Part shown: in pieces, positions 57,471 through 64,000 of the stretch
Position numbering within the stretch: position 1 is the stretch's first letter
How the letters are laid out: the number at the start of each line of letters is the position of its first letter
Assembly: GCA_964476375.1 (NCBI GenBank)
Contig: CAYYZW010000196.1
Coordinates: 2,282 to 66,281 of the forward strand
DNA: 64,000 bases
Source: an uncultured Pirellulaceae bacterium
GTDB taxonomy: Bacteria; Planctomycetota; Planctomycetia; Pirellulales; Pirellulaceae
Reading direction: 5' to 3'
Notes under the pieces: generated by a model
Database searches by the model: none
What the model was told of the DNA's origin: nothing
What the model saw: only the letters and a program-made list of their open reading frames with translations
Position numbers and translations under genes: made by a program

Positions 57471-58811
57471 ATGAAACGGCAGAAGACATTCTGCGATGGA
57501 ACCAGCCGTCGTGACATGCTGCGGTATGGGGCCGCGGGGCTTTTTGGCATGGGTATTACCCTGCCCCAGTTGCTCCAGCAAAAAGCATATGCTGTCGAGC
57601 AGGGAAAGTCCGCAAGTGATGTGTCGTTGATCATCGTCTTCCTGCAGGGAGGGCTCTCCACGATCGACACCTGGGACATGAAGCCCGATGCCCCGGCAGA
57701 GTTTCGCGGTGAGTTTGATCCCATCAGCACCAATGTCCCGGGAATCCAGCTCTGTGAACACCTGCCGCAACTGGCCCAGCAGATGGACAAGCTCTCGCTG
57801 GTCCGTTCCTTCGGTCATAGTAACTCCGGGCATGGACCGGCCGACCACTGGATGCTGACCGGCTACCATCCCCAGGGGGGATTCAACTCCGGCCTGAAGC
57901 CAAATAACCAGAAACCCTGTTACGGATCGGTCATTGCCCAGCAGCTGGGGCCGCGTGGATCGGTGCCTCCCTATGTCTGCCTGCCGAAGATGCACAACAG
58001 TGGTGGTTCTGCAGACCTTGGGTCCTCCTTCGCCCCGTTTGTCGTGGAGGCGGATCCCAATGCTCCCAACTTCGCTGTCCCCGACCTGGCTCCACCGATC
58101 GATATCGCTGCCGACCGACTTGGCTCCCGAAGGGAACTCCTGGCTCGCGTCAACCGCTTTGAGCAGGCCGCCGAGGTGCGAGCCAACAGGGGGGTGCGGG
58201 CCATGAGCACCTACCAGCAGAAAGCATTTGACCTGATGACGTCGACGGCGACCAAGGCGGCCTTTAATATCCACCGGGAGAGCGACAAGCTCCGGGACCA
58301 GTATGGCCGGCATTCCCTGGGGCAGTCCTGCCTGATGGCACGACGACTGGTGGAGGCTGGTGTCCGATGTACGTTCATCGACCACACCAACTGGGATACT
58401 CATTACAACAACTTCCACGTTCTCAAGAATGACCTGCTCTGGCAACTCGACAGTGCCCTTTCCACCCTGCTTCGAGACCTGGATGAAAGGCGAATGCTGG
58501 ACACGACCATGGTCCTGGTGACCGGTGAGTTTGGTCGCACGCCACGCGTCAATCAGCACGCGGGACGGGACCACTGGGGGCCCAGTAGTGCGATTGCCAT
58601 GGCCGGTGGCGGCATCCAGGGTGGCCGTGTGGTGGGAGCGTCCAATGCGCGGGCCGAAAAGCCGGCCACCACTCCCTTTGGCCCGGCCGATCTGGCTGCG
58701 ACCATCTACCATGGACTGGGGATCAACCCAAAGACCGAGTACCGGACAGCCGAGGGTCGTCCGATTCCGATCGTACCGGGCGAGGGCAGGGTTATCGAGG
58801 AACTCTTCTAG
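57471..58811 (+). CDS. DUF1501 domain protein, Tat-exported ('class II' signature)
   Basis: Motifs: MKRQKTFCDGTSRRDMLRYGAAG, IVFLQGGLSTIDTWDMKP and HAGRDHWGPSSAIAMAGGG. I prefer the ATG at 57471, which is preceded by AGAGGG, over the GTG at 57453. Confidence 0.85.
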   Translation: MKRQKTFCDGTSRRDMLRYGAAGLFGMGITLPQLLQQKAYAVEQGKSASDVSLIIVFLQGGLSTIDTWDMKPDAPAEFRGEFDPISTNVPGIQLCEHLPQLAQQMDKLSLVRSFGHSNSGHGPADHWMLTGYHPQGGFNSGLKPNNQKPCYGSVIAQQLGPRGSVPPYVCLPKMHNSGGSADLGSSFAPFVVEADPNAPNFAVPDLAPPIDIAADRLGSRRELLARVNRFEQAAEVRANRGVRAMSTYQQKAFDLMTSTATKAAFNIHRESDKLRDQYGRHSLGQSCLMARRLVEAGVRCTFIDHTNWDTHYNNFHVLKNDLLWQLDSALSTLLRDLDERRMLDTTMVLVTGEFGRTPRVNQHAGRDHWGPSSAIAMAGGGIQGGRVVGASNARAEKPATTPFGPADLAATIYHGLGINPKTEYRTAEGRPIPIVPGEGRVIEELF

Positions 58812-58846
58812 CCGTCTGGAAAAAGTGATCCTCCCGGGAGGGTTCC

Positions 58847-61210
58847 ATGACAACCTTTTATTCTTGCTGTCGCCAGGGGCTGTCGATCCTGCTGCTCGCA
58901 CTCCTCGCGCCTGTTCTCCAGGCGGATGCTCCCAGTGTCTCCTACATTTTTCCGGCGGGGGGACAGCGGGGGACGACAGACACGTTCAACGTGGGGGGCC
59001 ATTTAAACCACGACAAGTGTGGATACCAGATGCTCGGGCCGGGTGTGACAGCCAGTGAGAGGATCAAGCGGGCGAGCCACACGACCTGGTTCGAGGGACC
59101 CCTGATCCCGATGCCAGCCTCGCAGGCCAAAGAGAATTACCCCAAGGACCAGGCCGGCGAGGTGGAGATCGCCATGGATGCTCCGGTTGGGTTCCGGCGC
59201 TGGCGGGTCTGGACCAGCCAGGGGGCGACACCCACGAGGAAGTTTGTCATCGGTGACCTTCCGGAGGTCGTGGAAGAAGAAATTGATGGTACCCCGGTAC
59301 CGACAAAGGTCACCCTGCCGGTCACGATTAATGGCCGGATTTTCCCGCGCGAGGATGTCGACCACTGGATCTTCCACGCCGTGCAGGGGACAGGTTATAC
59401 CTGCGAGGTGATGGCCCAGCGGCTGGGATCTCCACTCGATTCCCGCCTTGAACTGCGTGGGCCCAAAGGCCAGCGACTGGCCGACAACACGGATGCCATT
59501 GGCTCCGATTCCCGGATCTCGTTTGTTGCGACCGAGACCGGTCTCCACGAACTCCGGATACATGATGTGAAGTTTGGAGGGCTCCAGGACTATGTTTACC
59601 GCCTGACCATCACCGATCGGCCTCACGTGGAAAGGTTCTTTCCGCTGGGTGGACGGCGCGGGGAAGAGCTCCAGCTGGAACTGGTTGGCCAGAACCTGGG
59701 TGATGGGAAAGTGGCCGTGACCGTCCCCGCCGGAGCCGATCCGGTCTGGCTGACGCGGCTGAGGGTGGATGATCAGCCGGTGAATGCCATCCAGCTGGAG
59801 ACGAGTGATCTGCCCGAGTACCGTGAGGCCGCCGGGGGCGATCGGATTGCCAGGGCCCTGCCCGCGATTTTCAACGGGCGTATTGGCAAGCCCGGAGAAA
59901 AAGATACCTGGGAGTTCCAGGCGATTAAGGACCAGAAAATTGAACTGGACGTGCGAGCAGCCCGGCTTGGATCCCTGCTTGATTCGGTGCTCACGGTACT
60001 GGATTCAGAAGGCAAGGAAATTGCCTCGTCGGATGACCTGGCAGGTGGCCAGTCTGATTCCAAGTTGACTTTCACCGTCCCGGCCGATGGAAATTACCAG
60101 GCGCAGGTGCAGGAGCGGTTTGCCACACGTGGTGGGCCAGCCTTTACCTACCGTCTTGTTGCCGGTCCGGTGGTAGAAGCAGCAAAGGATTTCCAGTTGG
60201 TTCTGACTGCTGATACGTTCACCGTGAACCGGGGTGCGGAAGGAAAATTCAAGGTCACGGTTCAGAGGAAGGGTGGTTTTGCTGGGGAGATCCAGCTGGC
60301 CGTGGAGGGTTTGCCCGGGGGCATCGAGCTGACCGGGAACACGATTCCAAAAGACAAGAATGAAACATCGCTGGGACTGAAAGTTCCCGGGGATGCTTCC
60401 ATCCAGGTTGTGCCGCTGAAAATACTAGGAACAGCGATGGTGGAGGATGCCGAGCTGAGGCGGGTGGCAACCCAGGCGGCAGCAACCCCGGATGACCTTT
60501 CGCTTGATGAGCTGTCTCTTGCCATTGCCATGCCGACGCCGTACAAGATCGTGGGGGTTTTCCAGACACAATATGCTCCACGCGGTGGTACTTTTTTACG
60601 CACGTTCTCGATCGAACGTACCGGCTATGACGGTCCGATCACGGTCAGCCTGGGGGACCGGCAGGTACGACACCTGCAGGGAGTGACCGGGCCGACGATT
60701 GTTGTGCCCGCGGGAGCCACTGAATTTAGCTACCCGATCAAGCTGGCACCCTGGATGGAAGTCGGGCGTACCAGCCGGACGGTCGTGATGGGTGTTTCTG
60801 TCCAGGATGATGGACAGGGTGGTAAGCAGAAGGTGAGCTACACGTCCCACGAACAGAATGACCAGATTATCATCCTGGTGGACCCGGGGCAGCTGCAGGT
60901 CCAGGTCGAACCGGAGGCGATATTCTTTCAGCCAGGAGGGACAATGGATGTCCAGGTGACTGTCGACCGGGGGCGTGGACTGGAGGGGGATGTGCTGATC
61001 GAGCTGGTGCCCCCAGCGCATATCAAGGAGGTGGTGGCCACGCCGGTCAGGCTGCCAGCAGAACAGCGGGAGGGGGTGCTCAAAGTCCGCTTTGCCGAAA
61101 TGCTTACATCTCCTCTCAATATGCCTTTTACCGTACGGGTCACTGCCATGCCCGGTGGCAACCCTTATACGGCCGAGGCCAAGCTGTCGGTCATCAAGCC
61201 GTCTCGCTAG
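58847..61210 (+). CDS. Secreted protein with an Ig-like N-terminal domain and two PPC-like domains (paralog of 27742 and 37841)
   Basis: 787 aa with a signal peptide and GGGAGG upstream. PPC blocks are INGRIFPREDVDHWIFHAVQGTGYTCEV...QRLGSPLDSRLELRGPKGQRL and FNGRIGKPGEKDTWEFQAIKDQKIELDV...ARLGSLLDSVLTVLDSEGKEIASSDD. Confidence 0.65.
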   Translation: MTTFYSCCRQGLSILLLALLAPVLQADAPSVSYIFPAGGQRGTTDTFNVGGHLNHDKCGYQMLGPGVTASERIKRASHTTWFEGPLIPMPASQAKENYPKDQAGEVEIAMDAPVGFRRWRVWTSQGATPTRKFVIGDLPEVVEEEIDGTPVPTKVTLPVTINGRIFPREDVDHWIFHAVQGTGYTCEVMAQRLGSPLDSRLELRGPKGQRLADNTDAIGSDSRISFVATETGLHELRIHDVKFGGLQDYVYRLTITDRPHVERFFPLGGRRGEELQLELVGQNLGDGKVAVTVPAGADPVWLTRLRVDDQPVNAIQLETSDLPEYREAAGGDRIARALPAIFNGRIGKPGEKDTWEFQAIKDQKIELDVRAARLGSLLDSVLTVLDSEGKEIASSDDLAGGQSDSKLTFTVPADGNYQAQVQERFATRGGPAFTYRLVAGPVVEAAKDFQLVLTADTFTVNRGAEGKFKVTVQRKGGFAGEIQLAVEGLPGGIELTGNTIPKDKNETSLGLKVPGDASIQVVPLKILGTAMVEDAELRRVATQAAATPDDLSLDELSLAIAMPTPYKIVGVFQTQYAPRGGTFLRTFSIERTGYDGPITVSLGDRQVRHLQGVTGPTIVVPAGATEFSYPIKLAPWMEVGRTSRTVVMGVSVQDDGQGGKQKVSYTSHEQNDQIIILVDPGQLQVQVEPEAIFFQPGGTMDVQVTVDRGRGLEGDVLIELVPPAHIKEVVATPVRLPAEQREGVLKVRFAEMLTSPLNMPFTVRVTAMPGGNPYTAEAKLSVIKPSR

Positions 61211-61283
61211 GGCAGCTAGTCCGGGTGCCGGAAGGCAGTGTAGAATCAGTCCCTGTTGTATTCTGCCAGAACCGGAGAGACCC

Positions 61284-64000
61284 ATGCCTGGACGCTTCTC
61301 GCGACGACATCGTGTCATTCTCATGTTTTTCGCCCTGCTGGCCCTCTCTCGTCCTGTGTCGGTGCCCCTGCTGGGCGCTGAACAACCCAATATCATCTTC
61401 TTCCTGGCCGATGATCAGCGCTGGGACCAGGTGGGCTGCGCGGGTCACCCCGTGATCCAGACCCCCCATGTCGATGAACTGGCTCGCCAGGGTGTCCGCT
61501 TCCGCAACATGTTTGTAACCACATCGATTTGTGCGGCCAGCCGGGCGTCGATTTTCACCGGCCTTTATGAACGATCTCACCGTTACACGTTTCGTACCGT
61601 ACCGCTTTCCAAGGAGCACACCTCGCTTAGTTATCCTGCCGTTCTCAAACAGAATGGCTACCAGACCGGGTTTGTCGGCAAGTTCGGGGTCGGTGTGGAG
61701 CGTGGCGTCACCGACGAGATGTTCCATTATTTCAAACCACTGAATCGAAGCCCCTACCACAAGCCCCAGCCGGATGGCTCGACCAGGCATGTCAGCCAGA
61801 TTGCTGGCGACCTGGCCATCGAGTTCCTGGACCAGCAGGAGAAAGAGAGGCCGTTTTGCCTGTCGGTCAGTTTTAACGCCCCGCATGCGGAGGACAATGA
61901 CAAGCAGAATCACTACCCGTTCCCAAAGGCCGTCGCCCATCTTTACGAGAATGACACCATCGGGCCACCACGATTGTCGGAACCGGAGATTTTTGAGTCG
62001 CAGCCAGAGTTTCTCAAGCGGGGTTTGAATCGCCAGCGCTTCTTCTGGAGGTGGGATACCGAGGAGAAGTACCAGAAGAATATCCGTGGCTACTACCGCA
62101 TGATCAGCGGAGTGGATCACGTGGTGGGTCGCGTGGTAAAGCACCTCGAGGAGGCGGGGCTGGCAGAAAACACGGTCATTGTTTACTCCGGCGATAATGG
62201 TTATTACCTGGGCCAGAGGGGTTTCGCCGGCAAGTGGTCCCATTACGAGGAATCGCTGCGCGTGCCGTTGGTGATTCATGATCCGCGGGCAAAAGAAAAC
62301 CGCCATGGTACGCAGGTCGACCAGGTCACGCTGAATATCGACATCCCCGCAACGATCGTGGAACTGGCGGGTGTGAAGGTGCCGGAGTCCTACCAGGGCC
62401 GGGGACTGGAGTCGCTGCTCGCAGGCAAGCAGCCTGCGGACTGGCGCACGGACTTTCTTTGTGAACACCTGATGCACGTGCCTGGCCGGATCCCGAAGTA
62501 CGAGGGTGTCCGCGGTCCCCGCTGGGTCTATGCCAGGTATTTTGAAGAGGATCCGCCCTTTGAGTTTTTGCATGACCTGGAGAAGGATCCTGACCAGCTG
62601 GGCAACCATGCGACCGACCCGGCGTTTGCCAGCCAGCTTGCTGCCATGCGAGCCCGCTGTGACCAGTTGCGTGACAAGCATGGCGGTGAATATTCTCGAG
62701 AGAAGTTCCCACTGCGTGGTGATCGAGAGCAGAAGCAGGGGAATGCCCGTCCCCGTCAGCCTTCACGTCCCCTGGGCGACGACCGGCCGAACGTGATCCT
62801 GATCATCTCGGATGACCAGACATGGACGGACTTCGGGTTTGTCGGCCACCCGGTCATCAAGACGCCCTCGCTGGATGCGCTCGCGCGCGAGAGTGCGACA
62901 TTCCTGCGGGGCTATGTTCCGACCGCGCTCTGCCGGCCGTCGCTGGCAACCATGATCACCGGGCTCTATCCACGCCAGCACCGAATCACCGGCAACGCCC
63001 CCTCCCCGCCAAAGGGCTTGGGGCGTGCGGAGCTGCGGGATGATCCGGGTTTTCGCCAGCAGCGGGCCAAGCTGATCAGCAATATCGACCGGGTTGCCAC
63101 GATCCCGAAACTGCTTGCCGAGCAAGGCTATCTCAGCCACCAGAGCGGCAAGTGGTGGGAGGGGAATTTCTCCCGCGGTGGTTTTACCCACGGCATGACA
63201 CACGGGGATCCGGACCGGGGAGGGCGGCATGGAGACGAGGGTCTCAAGATCGGCCGGCAGGGTCTCAAGCCGATCTTTGATTTCATTGACGAGGCAGGGG
63301 AGAAGCCGTATTTCATCTGGTATGCCCCCTTCCTGCCACACACGCCGCATAATCCCCCGGAGCGGCTGCTGAACAAGTACCAGCAGGAGGGGCGGCCGAT
63401 CCAGCTGGCCCGTTATTATGCGATGTGCGAGTGGTTTGATGAAACCTGTGGGCAGCTCCTGGACTATGTCGACAAGAAAGGGCAGCGTGACAACACGCTG
63501 GTCCTTTTCGTGACCGACAATGGATGGATCCAGCGAACACCCCAGACCAGTGTGCCCGAGGGCTGGAGAAACAGCTTTGCACCCAAGTCCAAGCAGTCAC
63601 CCTTTGACGGGGGGACGCGGACCCCGATCATGGTTCGCTGGCCCGGCAAGGTTCGTCCCGGGCTGCGGCAGCAACTGGCCAGCAGCATTGATATTGCTCC
63701 CACCGTGCTGCGTGCCTGTGGCCTGGAAGCGCCCAGGCAGATGGAAGGCCTCGACCTGGTCGACCTGTCATCGGGACGGGGGCCTGAGCGGCCCCGGTTG
63801 TTTGGAGAAAGTTACGCGCACGATATTGCCGACCTGGATGATCCGCGCAAGACCCTGCTCTACCGCTGGTGTATCGAGGACAACTGGAAGCTGCTGGTCA
63901 CCTACGATGGCACGATCGGCCGGTACACGGCAGTGCATCCGCAGACCTCATCCTCGCCGCTGCTGTTTGACCTCTTGGCCGCTCCGCACGAGACGGTGGA
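61284..64000 (+). CDS. Tandem (double) sulfatase, secreted; the ORF is open to the right edge of the window
   Basis: Hand translation of frame 0 from ATG 61284 gives an uninterrupted reading frame of at least 905 codons with no stop, so it is absent from the ORF track. It opens with the signal peptide MPGRFSRRHRVILMFFALLALSRPVSV. Domain 1 reads NIIFFLADDQRWDQ...TTSICAASRASIFTGLY...YSGDNGYYLG. The linker is REQKQGNARPRQPSRPLGDD. Domain 2 reads NVILIISDDQTWTDFG...PTALCRPSLATMITGLY...FVTDNGW. The antisense ORFs 61194-62681 and 62763-63350 are shadows. Confidence 0.8.
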   Translation, partial: MPGRFSRRHRVILMFFALLALSRPVSVPLLGAEQPNIIFFLADDQRWDQVGCAGHPVIQTPHVDELARQGVRFRNMFVTTSICAASRASIFTGLYERSHRYTFRTVPLSKEHTSLSYPAVLKQNGYQTGFVGKFGVGVERGVTDEMFHYFKPLNRSPYHKPQPDGSTRHVSQIAGDLAIEFLDQQEKERPFCLSVSFNAPHAEDNDKQNHYPFPKAVAHLYENDTIGPPRLSEPEIFESQPEFLKRGLNRQRFFWRWDTEEKYQKNIRGYYRMISGVDHVVGRVVKHLEEAGLAENTVIVYSGDNGYYLGQRGFAGKWSHYEESLRVPLVIHDPRAKENRHGTQVDQVTLNIDIPATIVELAGVKVPESYQGRGLESLLAGKQPADWRTDFLCEHLMHVPGRIPKYEGVRGPRWVYARYFEEDPPFEFLHDLEKDPDQLGNHATDPAFASQLAAMRARCDQLRDKHGGEYSREKFPLRGDREQKQGNARPRQPSRPLGDDRPNVILIISDDQTWTDFGFVGHPVIKTPSLDALARESATFLRGYVPTALCRPSLATMITGLYPRQHRITGNAPSPPKGLGRAELRDDPGFRQQRAKLISNIDRVATIPKLLAEQGYLSHQSGKWWEGNFSRGGFTHGMTHGDPDRGGRHGDEGLKIGRQGLKPIFDFIDEAGEKPYFIWYAPFLPHTPHNPPERLLNKYQQEGRPIQLARYYAMCEWFDETCGQLLDYVDKKGQRDNTLVLFVTDNGWIQRTPQTSVPEGWRNSFAPKSKQSPFDGGTRTPIMVRWPGKVRPGLRQQLASSIDIAPTVLRACGLEAPRQMEGLDLVDLSSGRGPERPRLFGESYAHDIADLDDPRKTLLYRWCIEDNWKLLVTYDGTIGRYTAVHPQTSSSPLLFDLLAAPHETV

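Noticed and set aside
1-64000. A search by eye for tRNA/rRNA genes, CRISPR repeats, IS elements, integrases, toxin-antitoxin pairs and known defence genes.
   Set aside because: All intergenic gaps are short (at most ~310 nt) and none shows cloverleaf-like or repeat-spacer structure. No ORF translation carries transposase, integrase, nuclease-helicase or defence-system motifs. tRNAscan, Infernal, a CRISPR finder and defence-system HMMs would be needed for a definitive negative.

Overview
GC-rich bacterial chromosomal segment. It is almost certainly from a member of the Planctomycetota (PVC group). The evidence is the density of DUF1549/DUF1553 ('PSCyt/PSD') proteins, Tat-exported DUF1501 proteins, DUF1080 proteins and a PVC-type heme-binding dehydrogenase. 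All family calls come from motif recognition in the supplied translations; no database search was possible. I support 41 protein-coding genes, two of them truncated at the window edges, plus one gene interrupted by an in-frame stop. Coding density is very high and several genes show start/stop overlaps. I found no rRNA, tRNA, CRISPR array, transposase, integrase or phage gene.

Gene content, left to right:
- A ribose-type sugar ABC importer.
- A monocistronic orphan ATP synthase c-subunit gene.
- Two Na+/solute symporters.
- Two SMP-30/gluconolactonase paralogs.
- A keto-sugar/sugar-acid cluster: DUF1080, TIM-barrel isomerase and an enolase-superfamily enzyme.
- A gamma-glutamylation-type amine catabolic cluster: APC permease, glutamine-synthetase-like ligase, C26 hydrolase and an SDR.
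- A GH43 / aldo-keto reductase / class III aminotransferase operon.
- A tandem-sulfatase gene that runs off the right edge.

The main signal is five DUF1549/DUF1553 genes, six DUF1501 genes and three large secreted tandem-PPC-domain genes, arranged in recurring modules. They split into two sequence-defined subclasses. The subclass with an Ig-like N-terminus is always accompanied by a third component, the PPC protein. This looks like an uncharacterised three-component periplasmic system.

Other points worth a second look:
- An in-frame TAG inside one of these genes.
- A fused double sulfatase whose second active-site motif is non-canonical.
- The orphan atpE-like gene.
- A small translationally coupled membrane ORF.
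- Domain insertions in two transporters.
- An isochorismatase-ThuA fusion.

Many long antisense ORFs in the track are GC-driven shadows and were rejected.
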